64,000 nucleotides of DNA from Acidobacteriota bacterium (GCA_965217775.1 CBDCJH010000002.1:1888001-1952000); one strand, 5' to 3'; shown: positions 51,473 to 62,749, numbered from the stretch's first letter. Notes: a model not told the origin generated them from the sequence alone. Translations and numbers: made by a program.

Positions 51473-52198
51473 ATGGTTGAATCACGAGACCTTGATAGAA
51501 ACGGATTCTCACTTGGCGTTCTGGTCATTGGATCGCTGTACTGGGAAAACAAACCTAAGCGTAAAAAATGGCGGCGAGAACGTCTCAATCTTAAACATAA
51601 GCGATACGTCTGGACACCGATTCGCTACGGACGCTGCTCGCAGACCCGTGGAAAGTCCTACACTATGGTTTTTTCTGCGGGTCTCAACAAAGCAAAATTC
51701 GGACGTGCAATCGTAATCCCATGTAACTCTCAGAACATAGTCGAGGAAGCCAGACACCTTTGGGCTGCTGAAGGCGGTAAGAATGGAATTTCGGCGTGTT
51801 GGGGATGTGTGGGACTCCTTCTAAACCCGAATTCTAAAGTGCCAGCTAAGCAGCTCCACAGCTGGTGCGAGCTTGTCGCAAATGAATCGTGCTACGGACA
51901 GCTTTCGTCTGCAAGAGATGAGCCCGTCGCGGTCAATAGTTGCGGTTTCTTAAATGTCCCCTGGCCGAAACCCGAGGGTGACTCAAATCTGGAGCTTGAC
52001 GCGCTGCTTGCGACCGCTACTAGCCCGAAGATTGTCAACGAATGCTATCCATCCGTCAAACGGATCGCGAAAGCGTGGGTTACCCCCCGGGGTAGGGAGC
52101 ACGTTGACTACTTCTGTAAGAACAGGGAAAGCGGTATACAGACCTTTCAGGACGACGATATCCTCAAACATCTTCGGGACTTTGGCCACGTGTATTGA
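51473..52198 (+). CDS. Hypothetical protein, lower GC; possibly GGCT-like fold
   Basis: 241-aa ORF with AAAGGG RBS; VIGSLYW N-terminal motif. Confidence 0.6.
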   Translation: MVESRDLDRNGFSLGVLVIGSLYWENKPKRKKWRRERLNLKHKRYVWTPIRYGRCSQTRGKSYTMVFSAGLNKAKFGRAIVIPCNSQNIVEEARHLWAAEGGKNGISACWGCVGLLLNPNSKVPAKQLHSWCELVANESCYGQLSSARDEPVAVNSCGFLNVPWPKPEGDSNLELDALLATATSPKIVNECYPSVKRIAKAWVTPRGREHVDYFCKNRESGIQTFQDDDILKHLRDFGHVY

Positions 52199-52390
52199 CA
52201 CGGTCTCGGCACTTTTTGCATCGCGTTCACTATGACACTTACTTGAGCCCTCAGCGGTTCAGGTCATATCGTAACTCCCCCCGCCACTAGCGCTTGGCTT
52301 GGGAGTAGGTGCTTCGGTCAGTTGTGATCAGTGTGCAAGCGCGCGCGTCTGTCCGTCTGGAGGGTGAAATTTGTTCAAGGCGATTCCGTG

Positions 52391-53947
52391 TCAGGATCGG
52401 GAACTGGGCCGCCAAACGGTGAGTCCTGTGAGATCCCTGCCGTGCCGGCTTCCGATCAGGAGGCTGACGAAATAGGCCACTCCGAAGAGCAGCAGATTGG
52501 CGAACGCGCTCACCCAGTAGTTGTCGGGCACGTACGCGGACAGGCCAGGAAAGAGCTGCTTGCCGAAGGGAGTGTCCACAAACAACCAGGCGCCGACTGA
52601 GAGGACCGTGACCGCGGTGGCGGTCAGGGCAGCCCGGCTGTCCACGCGCAAGGTGACCATCCCCACGACGAACAAGCTGAAAAGACCCCCTCCGAGGATC
52701 GAGAGGAACATTCTGGAAAGATCGTCCAGAGTCTCGGAGACCCGATACAGATGGATCGTACAGGCGGCGGTGATCATCACCACGCTAAACAGCAGACTGA
52801 TCAGTCTTCCGACTTTCGCATAATGGCGGGGGTCCTTATCCTTGGCCCATAGTCTTCGGTAAAAGTCGGTGGTGACGGTAGCCGCCGTGGCGTTGATGCT
52901 CGAGTCCAAGGTCGACATGGCGGACGCGAGCAGTCCGGTCAACACCAGCCCGGCCAAGCCTGCGGGGAGTTGGGTCAGGATGAATCTTGGGAATATGGCG
53001 TCCGCTGGGAGTCCCTCCAGCCCGGTGTTCGGAACCACCTTCACGAAGACGTAAAGAGCGGTCCCCAGAAACACGAAGTAGGTCCAGGTCGGCACCGCCA
53101 GGCAGCAGCCGATGACGGCGCCCCGGGAGGCGTCTTTGTCGCTCTTGGCGGCTGCGTAGCGCTGGACGTTCGTCTGATCCGTACCCGTAATCTGCAGCAA
53201 GATCATGAGTTCGGCGACCACGTAGGCCCAGACGGTCTTCCCGTGGAGGGTGAGGCCGGTGCTGCCCAGATCGAACTTGTTGTCGGCCTCGGCTACCCGC
53301 AGCAACTCGGCAAAACCTCCGGGCAGTTGGGAAACGATGATGGGCAGACACAGGAGTCCTCCCCCGATGAGGGCGATTCCTTGAAAGACGTCCGTCCAGA
53401 TCACCGCCTGGAGCCCTCCCAGGATGGTGTAGGCGGAGACCAGGATTCCCGCGATGACGATGATCACGGGCAGCGAAGCCTCGTCCGTCCCCAGGATGGA
53501 CTGGATCGCCAGTGAGACCGCATAGAGCACCAGTCCGGTCCGAAAAAATTGGAAGAGCACGAAGGCGGCGGCCGCGTAGACCCGTGCCCACAGGCCGAAT
53601 CTGAGTTCCAGATACTCGTAGGCCGAGCGCACACGCGTCGCCCGGTAGAAGGGAATGAACAGATAGACGGCAACCAGGACCGCCGGAATGTAGGTGAAGA
53701 GGGAGAGGACATTGCGCCAATTGGCGTCTCCGAAGGCGAAAGCGGGAAGTCCGAGGAAGGTCAGGGAGCTGACGATGGTGGCCATCAAGGAGAAGCCCAC
53801 GACCCAGCCCGGCATGGATCTGCCCGCCAGGAAGTAGCCTTCATCCGTCTGGCTGCGGCGGGAGCAGCGGATTCCGATGAAGACCAGCAGCAGGAAACCG
53901 AGGCCGATGATGATCTGGTCGAGCAATCGGATGTTGAGTTCCGGCAT
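52391..53947 (-). CDS. Sodium:solute symporter (SSS family)
   Basis: YFLAGRSMP, SAYEYLELRFG, GGLQAVIWTD, VQRY, ASAMSTLDSSIN. Confidence 0.93.
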   Translation of the reverse strand: MPELNIRLLDQIIIGLGFLLLVFIGIRCSRRSQTDEGYFLAGRSMPGWVVGFSLMATIVSSLTFLGLPAFAFGDANWRNVLSLFTYIPAVLVAVYLFIPFYRATRVRSAYEYLELRFGLWARVYAAAAFVLFQFFRTGLVLYAVSLAIQSILGTDEASLPVIIVIAGILVSAYTILGGLQAVIWTDVFQGIALIGGGLLCLPIIVSQLPGGFAELLRVAEADNKFDLGSTGLTLHGKTVWAYVVAELMILLQITGTDQTNVQRYAAAKSDKDASRGAVIGCCLAVPTWTYFVFLGTALYVFVKVVPNTGLEGLPADAIFPRFILTQLPAGLAGLVLTGLLASAMSTLDSSINATAATVTTDFYRRLWAKDKDPRHYAKVGRLISLLFSVVMITAACTIHLYRVSETLDDLSRMFLSILGGGLFSLFVVGMVTLRVDSRAALTATAVTVLSVGAWLFVDTPFGKQLFPGLSAYVPDNYWVSAFANLLLFGVAYFVSLLIGSRHGRDLTGLTVWRPSSRS

Positions 53948-53957
53948 GGTTCAGCTA

Positions 53958-54053
53958 GGAGGAGCGACTCTCTTGTCGCCCACTCCGGTCTTGTCCGCTC
54001 CCGCCTCGGGGTTTCGTTACTCGGGAGTTCGGCGGCAAGAAAACCGCCGCTCC
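53958..54053. repeat. REPIN-like inverted REP pair
   Basis: GGAGGAGCGACTCTCTTGTCGCCC ... CGGCGGCAAGAAAACCGCCGCTCC. Confidence 0.75.
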
Positions 54054-54093
54054 CATGCCTCCCCTATCTCCGATCTTGTAGGCGCAACCGTGG

Positions 54094-55593
54094 TCACTCT
54101 CCTCCGTGGGGCTGGAACCAGAATGCGTAAAGATCCGCCTCGCGCATGTGGAAACGCAGCCGTACGGCTCGGTCGCGCAACGAATCCAGTTGATAGGCCC
54201 GCTCCCAGCGGATCATCTGACGGAGCCCGTCGGAGCGGATCGGAACACAGTCTTCGGCGGAATAGCCGGGAAAAACGCCTCCGTCGGAGTCCAGGAGCTC
54301 AACCTTCAACTCCCCTTGGACGTCGGCATTCACGAACAACGATCCCCCCGGCAGGCGTAGAGCCTTGGTCATGACCGTTCCCGGTTCCCGAGTCGCCGAT
54401 AGGGAAACGAACCCATCCAGACGGAGTGTAGCCAAACCGATGGCCCGCTGCATCCGCTGCCCGTCTTCGATCCAACCTTGCTGCACCCGTTCCATGGCGT
54501 CCCGCCGATACGGATGATTCCACGCGCCGTAGTAGATCCGGATCTGGCCGTCACGGACGATGGGAGTGTTCAGGGAGACCATTTCAGAGTCCCACGTACC
54601 GGGTGCGCCGAGGGGGAACGCAACCCTCCCCGGGAAGATCCTCTTCCAATCGACGCCGTCCCGGCTGGTCACCAACTCGAAATGCGATTCCCGGTCCTTC
54701 CAGACCCAGAGCCAAGCGACGTAGTAGTGCTCGTAGATCAACGCCGGAAAGCCCTTGTAGTCCAGATCCTCCCGCTCCGGAGCCAGCACCAGCTCCGGCT
54801 CGGACCACCGGAGAAAGTCGTCGCTGGTGGCGCGGAAGATCGAGATCTGCGACTCCTGCGGGGAGGATCCGGGCGGATACATTCGGATGTAGACGACATA
54901 CGTCTCTGCGGTTGGGTCCCAGCCCAGCACGTTGGTCCCGTTGCCGCCCGGCCGCCAGGGCTTGCCGTCCACATTGCGTTTCCAGCGAATCCCGTCCGGC
55001 GAGGTGGCTTTGGTGATTCCGGCGAGTTGCCGGTAGTCGGTCCGTGGCCAATCGCCGACGACATCCGTATAGAGCATCTTGAAACGGCGCTGGGGGTCCG
55101 CGTCCCGCGGGTCCCGGATGACGTTGGGCCGGCGCATCCAATGCTGGCCCCAGGGGAGGATGTTGTTTCGGCGGGAGCCCGACCACTCCACCAACCCCAA
55201 ATTGGGTTTGGTCCATTGGACTCCGTCTTCGGAGAAGGCGTAGCAGACCTTGTACCTCAGACCACTCGGAACCGCGTCATCGAAGGTCGGGGAGAGGTAC
55301 CACATCTTGAACAGCCGGTCGTCATCGTCGTAGAGAACTCCGCGACCATTCAGGTAGACGGTCCATTTCTCCCAGGGATTGTCGCCGACGATCAGCGGAT
55401 TTCCCGGCCAGCGCTGAGGCTTCTTGAGAACTCGCGAGATGTTGTGGGTGGAATCGACGACCCAGTCGTCCAGGAATAGCTGTTTCTGCCAGCCAACCGT
55501 GAGCTCCGTTTGCTCCGGAGGCGCCGCGGACAGCCATGCCGTGGCCGTCAGGGCGGCAAGAAGCACCGAAAACGAGCTGTTTGATCCCATCAT
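54094..55593 (-). CDS. Secreted five-bladed beta-propeller glycoside hydrolase-like protein (GH32/43-like clan)
   Basis: QLFLDD, FKMWY, repeated SxDGxxW boxes, LRLDGF, LFVNAD, LYAFWF. Confidence 0.7.
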   Translation of the reverse strand: MMGSNSSFSVLLAALTATAWLSAAPPEQTELTVGWQKQLFLDDWVVDSTHNISRVLKKPQRWPGNPLIVGDNPWEKWTVYLNGRGVLYDDDDRLFKMWYLSPTFDDAVPSGLRYKVCYAFSEDGVQWTKPNLGLVEWSGSRRNNILPWGQHWMRRPNVIRDPRDADPQRRFKMLYTDVVGDWPRTDYRQLAGITKATSPDGIRWKRNVDGKPWRPGGNGTNVLGWDPTAETYVVYIRMYPPGSSPQESQISIFRATSDDFLRWSEPELVLAPEREDLDYKGFPALIYEHYYVAWLWVWKDRESHFELVTSRDGVDWKRIFPGRVAFPLGAPGTWDSEMVSLNTPIVRDGQIRIYYGAWNHPYRRDAMERVQQGWIEDGQRMQRAIGLATLRLDGFVSLSATREPGTVMTKALRLPGGSLFVNADVQGELKVELLDSDGGVFPGYSAEDCVPIRSDGLRQMIRWERAYQLDSLRDRAVRLRFHMREADLYAFWFQPHGGE

Positions 55594-55627
55594 GTTTTAC
55601 GCAAGGGTGTAAGCACTTTAGGTGTGA

Positions 55628-56800
55628 TCAAGATGCCGGCATCGCCTCGCTCAACTGCCGAGCCAATCCGACAAATGCTTTCTCCGCTGCTTCGATCGCG
55701 CCATCGTTGGTCGCAAACGCGAGAACGGTGTTCTTGGCAGGCAACAACATCAGCAAGGCGTACCAGAGCGTGTTACTGCCATTGTGCCAAAGCACCGGTC
55801 CGCCCGACCATTCCCGGTTGTATCGAACCCAACCCCACGCGTAGTTCTCGAGAAACGGCGTATGCAAACGTTCCCAACTCTCCTGCGGTAGCAAGGATGT
55901 TGCAGTCCCGCTATCTCCCTGGAGGTGGATGGAGCCGTAACGCGCCAAGTCCCGGATGCTCAGATGCAACCCGCCGGCCGGCGCCATTACCGGCGTATTG
56001 TCGGCGTGCGATTCGAATGGATCGATGGCGAACCGAAACCACAACAATCTCATATGACCGAGCGGTTCCTGGTTGGGCTTGTCGCCCTTCAGCGGACCGA
56101 ATCCAGCGCTCTTCAGTTCCAGTGGAGTGAACACCTTCTGCGCAATCAAGGTTTCGTACGGGACACCGGCGATGGTCTCGGCGATATGGCCGACAATGGT
56201 GTAACCGACGTTGGAATAAGAGTAGCGCTCCCCGCAGGGGGATTCCGGTTCCTCGGCCAGAATCTCCGCTATAAATCTGCGTCTCGTGGCGACGAGCTCT
56301 TCCGCGGTGTCGGGCCACACCTTCAGGACCTTCATCGGAAAGTTGGCGGGCGCGCCGGCGGTGTGGGTCAGCAGGTTTTGCAGTGTGCAGGGACGCCAGC
56401 CGGCGGCCATTTCGATATCGGGCAACAATTCGAGCATAGCGTTGTCGATGGATAGCATGCCTTCGTGTTCCAGAACCGCGATCAAAGTAGCCGTCATCGA
56501 CTTGGCTATCGAGCCGACGTGCCAGCGGTCGTTTACGGTCACCGGGATTCCGGTACTGCGACGGCGTTCGCCGTCGACGGTCACACCCTTAAACCGGCCA
56601 TCGGTCATCACGGCGGCCGCGACGCCTGTGAGACCCGCGTCCGATCGAAGCTGCCGCATGCTGGACTCCAGAACGGTTTGGAAGTCTCCGGCGGACCAGT
56701 CGACAGCAACCCCCTCTGAACTGGAGCACGCAGTCATTAACGCCATGATGACGGTCGTCAGGCCGGTGGTGACGAATAGGCAGAGGCGGCAGAGTCCCAT
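55628..56800 (-). CDS. Serine hydrolase (class C beta-lactamase fold)
   Basis: GSIAKS (SxxK), LLTHTAG, YSNVGY, WHNGSN. Confidence 0.9.
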   Translation of the reverse strand: MGLCRLCLFVTTGLTTVIMALMTACSSSEGVAVDWSAGDFQTVLESSMRQLRSDAGLTGVAAAVMTDGRFKGVTVDGERRRSTGIPVTVNDRWHVGSIAKSMTATLIAVLEHEGMLSIDNAMLELLPDIEMAAGWRPCTLQNLLTHTAGAPANFPMKVLKVWPDTAEELVATRRRFIAEILAEEPESPCGERYSYSNVGYTIVGHIAETIAGVPYETLIAQKVFTPLELKSAGFGPLKGDKPNQEPLGHMRLLWFRFAIDPFESHADNTPVMAPAGGLHLSIRDLARYGSIHLQGDSGTATSLLPQESWERLHTPFLENYAWGWVRYNREWSGGPVLWHNGSNTLWYALLMLLPAKNTVLAFATNDGAIEAAEKAFVGLARQLSEAMPAS

Positions 56801-56852
56801 ATCTCCCTATAAACCGTTATTCTAGACGGAATCTCCCACGGGGTCGCTGGTC

Positions 56853-58514
56853 ATGAGAAACCTATCCCGGCAACGATTCATTCTCATCGCGATCGGCTTC
56901 CTGGCTCTGATTCTCTGCCTGTGGATCATTCGGGATGGACCAAAGGACGGCTCCTCGATTACCACGAATCGAACTCCGCAAACCACCAGTGACGATGGAG
57001 CACCGGATTCCGTCTCGATGCGCAATCAAGTCACCGAACGAGCGCGGGTCAGATTCGAAACGCCGGGGTCCACAAATCCGGAGGAAGTCCCGCCGAATCG
57101 ACGCAAGCTCCCACCGTCCGGCGGCTCGGAGAAACGACGGCCGGTGCAATCGACCATCGCCGGCATCGTCGCGAACAGCCAGGATGGAACTCCAATACCA
57201 GACGCACGCGTCAGGCTATCTGCGCTTGGCAGCGCGGAGGTACCGCTCGAAGCCTTCAGCGCTCACGACGGCAGGTTCCAAATGACCATCCACAATGCAG
57301 GGCGGTACATGCTCCATGCCGTGGCAGACGGCTTCCAGCCCTACTTCATCGACCGGCTGCTCATTACTCCCACGCAGGGAAGCCTGCAAAAGAACATCCT
57401 GATGACACCGGAGGTGGAACTTCGAGGCAGAGTCGTAGATCGCCACTCCCGAGGGATCGCCAAAGCGTCAGTATGGCTCCGAGAGGAGACCGAAAGAGGA
57501 TTCAGTCAGTCTTTCATGGCGCAGACCGAGGAATCAGGCTTTTTTCGGACGGACAGAGCGCCTCCTTCGGGGACTTACTTCGTCGAAGCCGCGCATCCTG
57601 AGTACGAACTCGATTCTCCCGTCCCAGTTACATTGCCCAGGGATGACGAGGTGGTCGTCACAATGCGTCGGGTGCCCGATACGCTGATGGCCTCCCTATC
57701 CGGTCACGTGCGGGATGCGAACGGACGTCCCATTCAAGGAGCAGAGGTAAGACTCAAGACAACTGAGTCATGGGGACCGCTATTGAACGGGTTGGGACAC
57801 TCGTCGACAGACCCGACGGGCCGCTTCTTTTTTCCCAGAGTTCGTCGGGGCAAGTATCAAGTCATGGCGTATGCAACAGGCTACGCCCGACAAATCTATG
57901 GGCGCGGGATTAAGGACGTGACGGTGGATTCAAACGGTGAAAACGAGATCGACCTGGTTCTGGAGAATCAGACGAGGGTTCACGGTGTCGTTCTCAACCC
58001 GGACGGTCTGCCTCTTGCCGACGCGCAAGTCAGGGTACGGTGGGAAATGGGATCAGGAAGTACAGCTATTGGTGTTGGTACATCCACTGACGGTACTTTC
58101 GACATTTCAGGAATTCCTCCTGGAAGACACCAGATACAGGCGACTCACAGCGACTACGTTTCCTATGAATCCGGTGTAGTAACGCCTACGGACGATTTCT
58201 TCACTATCACCCTGCATGCCGGACTATCTTTGACCGGTTACGTCGTGGATCAAAACAATGAACCAATAAGAGGATTCTCCCTTCGACTGTCCCCGGCAAC
58301 CGGCCAGCACTACGACAAGTTAGCGGACGTCTCCCCGGCGGACGGGTATTTCTCCGTCAAGGGTCTCTCTCCCCAGACGTACATTCTCTCTGTGGACCAG
58401 CCGAACGCAGACGGCCGGTTTACCCGATTCGAACTGCTGGAATCGACAAGCGTTACGATCATGCTAAATTTGTCAGACTCTGGCTCCCGCATTCGGGTCC
58501 GCAACTATTGGTAA
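56853..58514 (+). CDS. Membrane-anchored carboxypeptidase-regulatory-like (transthyretin-like) repeat protein
   Basis: N-terminal TM; five GxVxDxxGxPIxGAxV...GxF...GxY repeats. Confidence 0.85.
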   Translation: MRNLSRQRFILIAIGFLALILCLWIIRDGPKDGSSITTNRTPQTTSDDGAPDSVSMRNQVTERARVRFETPGSTNPEEVPPNRRKLPPSGGSEKRRPVQSTIAGIVANSQDGTPIPDARVRLSALGSAEVPLEAFSAHDGRFQMTIHNAGRYMLHAVADGFQPYFIDRLLITPTQGSLQKNILMTPEVELRGRVVDRHSRGIAKASVWLREETERGFSQSFMAQTEESGFFRTDRAPPSGTYFVEAAHPEYELDSPVPVTLPRDDEVVVTMRRVPDTLMASLSGHVRDANGRPIQGAEVRLKTTESWGPLLNGLGHSSTDPTGRFFFPRVRRGKYQVMAYATGYARQIYGRGIKDVTVDSNGENEIDLVLENQTRVHGVVLNPDGLPLADAQVRVRWEMGSGSTAIGVGTSTDGTFDISGIPPGRHQIQATHSDYVSYESGVVTPTDDFFTITLHAGLSLTGYVVDQNNEPIRGFSLRLSPATGQHYDKLADVSPADGYFSVKGLSPQTYILSVDQPNADGRFTRFELLESTSVTIMLNLSDSGSRIRVRNYW

Positions 58515-59755
58515 CCATCAGGGGCTACCGGCCGGCAACGTGCGGTTCGGGAGTTCGCCGACATCATGAGAAAGCCATCCCAGCCTCGGTTCATCCTCAT
58601 CGGGATCGGCATCTTGGCTCTGATCTTCTGCTTGTAGGTCATTTTGCATGGACCACGGGACGATTCCTCAAATACCGCCAATCTCACTCCCCAGACGACT
58701 CGTGACGATGGAGACCCGGATTCTGGCTCAGTGCGCAATAGAAACGCTGAACGAGCGCACGTCAGGCTCCAAGGGTCAAGATCGGCAGTCCCGGACGAAT
58801 CCGTTCCAAATCAAGGCAGGCCTCCGCAATCTATTGGCTCGAAGAAGCGACGGGCAGCGCAATCGACCATTGCCGGCATCGTCACGAACAGCCAGGATGG
58901 CGCTCCAATCCAAGGCGCACGCCTCAAGTTATCGCCGGTTGGCAGCGAGGACGTGCGGTCCGAAGCCGTCAGCGGTCACGACGGCAGTTTTCGGATGACC
59001 ATCCGCGACGCAGGGCGATACACGCTCCGTGCCCAAGCGGACGGCTTCCGCCCCTATTCCACCGACGGGATACTCATTACGCCTGCTGAGAGAAGCCTCC
59101 AAAAGAACATCCTGATGACACCGCGGTTGGAACTTCGGGGCAGAGTCGTAGACCGCCATTCTCGAGGTATTGCTGGAGCGCAGGTCCGGCTCCGAGAAGA
59201 GACCCCAGGGCGGTTCGGGCGGTTCAAATCTTGTTGTGGCGAGCAGAGTGACGAATCGGGCCGTTTTCTGGTTCCCAGACCACCGGTTTCCGGAACCTTC
59301 CTCGCCGAGGCTGCGCATCCTGAATACGAACTTGATTCTCGCGTTTCTGTGACATTGCCCAAGGATGACGAGGTGGTCATCACGATGCGCCGGGTGCCGG
59401 AACCGCTATTGGCATCGATATCCGGTCACGTCTGGGATGCGAAAGGACATCCTATACACGGGGCAAGTGTCGGATTAATTGAACGTGAACAAGACAGTCG
59501 CGTTTCGAACTATCTTGGAGACTCGTCGACAGACCCGACGGGCCTCTTTTTCTTCCCCCGAGTTCGTTGGGGTACATATTCGATCCGTGCGGACGCCGAA
59601 GGCTACGCGGAACCAAGTTATGGCCAAGGGAGCAAGGAGATAGTAGTTGAATCAAGTCAGGAATATGAAATCGATCTGGTTCTGAAAAGTCAGACCACAG
59701 TTCAAGGGGTCGTTGTCGACACGGCAGGTCAGCCCCTTGCCAAAGCAGGTGTACT

Positions 59756-61752
59756 CCCAGATTATTCATCACGCAAACATAAAATGAGCAAGCGTGTCCG
59801 TCATGTCGAGTCGGATCAGAGGGTTACCGGATACCCACAGAAAACGGCTGAGACCCGACCTGGGTGAAACGCTATCTTTGTTTTCAACGTCAGTTTAAAC
59901 CCAGGATTCAAGTGGGTCCGAAACGCAAGCAGTTCCACGGTTTTCATCCCCTCCAAGGGCGGCGAAAAGAGGTGGCGTGCCCGTCATTTGTGGTATGATT
60001 ATGGTGTTGCTAAAACAACCACAAAGAACGGAGCACGCCATGCCTGAGACGATACCGCAGATCCGACCCTCATTCAACCGATCCCTCCGCCTCGAGACCC
60101 GCCCCGAGTCGCTCAGTGCGGACACGGGAGCCCTGGTGCAGCGGGAGATGATGGATCGTAGCGGCCTCATCGATTGGTTGACCGAGCGGTTGCACGATCC
60201 GCGACACCCGAGTTCGATCCGCTATCCGCTGTCGGATCTGCTGCGGACTCGACTCCTGCTGTTGGGGCAGGGCTGGCGCGACCAGTCCGACGCCGACCGC
60301 CTGCGTCACGATCCGAGCTTGCGGGTGGCGAGCCAGACCCGTCGGGGCACGGCGGCCTTGGAGGAGGGCCAGGGGCTGGCGTCACAGCCGACCTTGTCCC
60401 GACTGCTGGACACGCTCAGCCGGGAGGAGAACCTTCCGGTCCTGCACCAGGCGGTGACCGAGCTGGCGTGCCGTCGGATCGAGATGATCGAAGGCCGGCG
60501 GCGAAAACGGGGGAAAAAGACCCCACGGAAGAAGAGACGGAAAAAGACGATGTACCTGGACGTGGACGGTCTCCCGGTGGAGGTCCATGGGCATCCCCTG
60601 GGAAGCGAGTGGAACGGATACTATCGCCAGCGGATGTACCACGGGTTGGTGGCGAGTTGTGCCGAGACGGGGGACCTGATCGACGGGGAGATTTTTCCGG
60701 GAGCCAGCTACCTGGGAAAGAAGGCGCTGAAGTTGACGCTCCGGGTGGTGGACCACTGTCGGGGGCGTCTGTGCGGCTCAATGATCGTGCGGATGGATGC
60801 GGGGTTCCCGGAGCCGGGGCTGCTGAAGGGGCTGGAGTCGAGAAGCGTGCCCTATATCGCTCGAATCCGCAAGAATGAGGTCCTGAACCGGATGGCGAAG
60901 CCCTACTTGACCCAACCGGCGGGGCGATCCCCGGATGCACCACCGAGGCTCTGGTTCCATGAGCTGACCTACCAGGCGGAGAGCTGGGATCGGGCGCGCC
61001 GGGTGGTGCTGGTGGTGCGGGAGCGACCGGGGGAGTTGTATCCGGATCATTTCTGGTTGCTGACGAGCCTGAGCCGGAAGCGTTATGAGGCGGAAGCGTT
61101 GCTGGCAAAGTATCGCAAGCGGGGGAAGGCGGAAGGGCACATGGGGGAGTTGATGGACGTGCTCGATCCGGCCTTGTCCTCCGCGAGCCGGCCCAAGACA
61201 CACTATCGGGGCAAACCACTGAAGCCGGGAGCCAAGCCGGAAGCGACGACGGAGGCCGGGGTTCGACCCCACAACGAAGTCTTGTTCCTGCTGAATCTGC
61301 TGGGGTACGAGATCCTGCACCTGGGTCGGGTGCTGATGGAGCAGGCGACGCGTCGGGGCTGGAGTCTGCGTCGTTTTCGCGAGCGGGTGTTGCGAGTGGC
61401 GTCTCGGGCGCTGCGCCAGGGGAGGCGATTGATTTTCGTCATCAGTCAAGGGGCGACGGACTGGAAGCGGTTGTGGAAGAGACTGGCGCGGGTGTCCTGG
61501 GCGCCGGGATAGTGGACGGAGGAGGAATCGGGCCCATGGAAGGGACCGAAACGGTGGGGATTTCTCACCGGAAAGTCAACCTGTCGGCGGATGACGGTCC
61601 CCCTGGCCGGAAAACGGTTTATGACTGGTTCAATCGTCTTGTTTTTGAGCCGATTCAGTCGAATCGACAGAGGTTCAACAGAAACCGGGCTCCGACCGCA
61701 CGAAAACGCCGGGTTGGAAGCCCTTATCAACATGTCCCATGAATAATCTGGG
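59756..61752 (+). mobile_element. IS1380-family insertion sequence (1997 bp)
   Basis: Perfect 14-bp TIRs CCCAGATTATTCAT / ATGAATAATCTGGG; GTACT direct repeats at 59751-59755 and 61753-61757. Confidence 0.92.
60040..61512 (+). CDS. IS1380-family DDE transposase
   Basis: LASQPTLSR, LDVD, VRMDAGF, YRKRGKAE motifs. Confidence 0.92.
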   Translation: MPETIPQIRPSFNRSLRLETRPESLSADTGALVQREMMDRSGLIDWLTERLHDPRHPSSIRYPLSDLLRTRLLLLGQGWRDQSDADRLRHDPSLRVASQTRRGTAALEEGQGLASQPTLSRLLDTLSREENLPVLHQAVTELACRRIEMIEGRRRKRGKKTPRKKRRKKTMYLDVDGLPVEVHGHPLGSEWNGYYRQRMYHGLVASCAETGDLIDGEIFPGASYLGKKALKLTLRVVDHCRGRLCGSMIVRMDAGFPEPGLLKGLESRSVPYIARIRKNEVLNRMAKPYLTQPAGRSPDAPPRLWFHELTYQAESWDRARRVVLVVRERPGELYPDHFWLLTSLSRKRYEAEALLAKYRKRGKAEGHMGELMDVLDPALSSASRPKTHYRGKPLKPGAKPEATTEAGVRPHNEVLFLLNLLGYEILHLGRVLMEQATRRGWSLRRFRERVLRVASRALRQGRRLIFVISQGATDWKRLWKRLARVSWAPG

Positions 61753-62749
61753 GTACTAGCAATTTTCGAAAGGGGAACGGGAAGAACAGGTAGGGGTATT
61801 TTTACTCCCTCCGACGGCACTTTCAATATTCCGGAAGTTCCCCCTGGCAAACATTGGATACAGGTGACTCATCGCGATCACGTTACCCATGAATTCGAAT
61901 TGGTGACGCCTACAGATGAATTTCTCACCGTCACCCTGCAGCCGGGACTCTCATTGACCGGCAACGTCACGGATCAAAATAATGAACAGATAAGAGAATT
62001 CTCCCTTCGACTGTCCCCGGCCGGCCGCCAACACGACGTACCTGCCTCCCCATTCGACTCTAAGACGGCAGACATCTCCCCATCGGACGGATTTTTCCGC
62101 GTCAGCGGTCTGGCGCCCCAGACACACATCCTCTCTGTGAGCCTGCCGAACGTGGAGAGCTTGGAAACTCGTCTCGAACTCTTGGAATCGACAAACGTCA
62201 CCATCGTGCTCAACCCGGCAGACTCGGACTCACCGCTCCAGATCCGCAAATCCTGGTAGACATCGGGATCCACAGGACGGTAACCCGCGGTAATACGACT
62301 CGTCGTGAGACACCGGACGTCCTTGGCTTCCTTGCCCTGGGCCGTCCGCCGTCGCTACACTTTCCGGCAGAGATGGAGTGCCCGCGGGTTCGAAATCGGC
62401 TTCAGCCATGAAAGTTCTTTCGACAAGCATAAGCGCGGGTTCCGCGCTATTGGTCTGCCTGACCGCTGCTCTGGCTTCCCCTTCTGATCCCGCCTCCCTG
62501 AATTTCTTCGAAAATAGGGCATCCAGCACGGCTACCCTCATGTTCTTCTCCGACCTGTCGCAGACATCGGACTCACTCAGCAGTCGACCCCCTCCCGTGG
62601 ACCAGCTGCCTCGGAATCAGCAGTAGCTGCGCCGGCAGAAACGTACTGCGCGAGGCCAAGCCCGAAGAACACAGCCGTGATGACAAACTGGGTGTCATTC
62701 CGGCGTAGCGCCCCGAGGTCGAGCCCGAGCCCCGCCCGACGAATGGTTT

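Larger units (their letters stand above)
58566..62259 (+). pseudogene. Tandem paralogue of 56853-58514, with a TAG at 58635 and an IS1380 insertion
   Basis: Collinear with the upstream gene; W codon replaced by TAG; frame resumes after the IS (VLAIFERG...QVTHRD). Confidence 0.88.

Noticed and set aside
62408-62626. Short ORF with signal peptide and FFENR motif resembling a planctomycete-type cytochrome c N-terminus
   Set aside because: No CxxCH follows; at most a tiny relic
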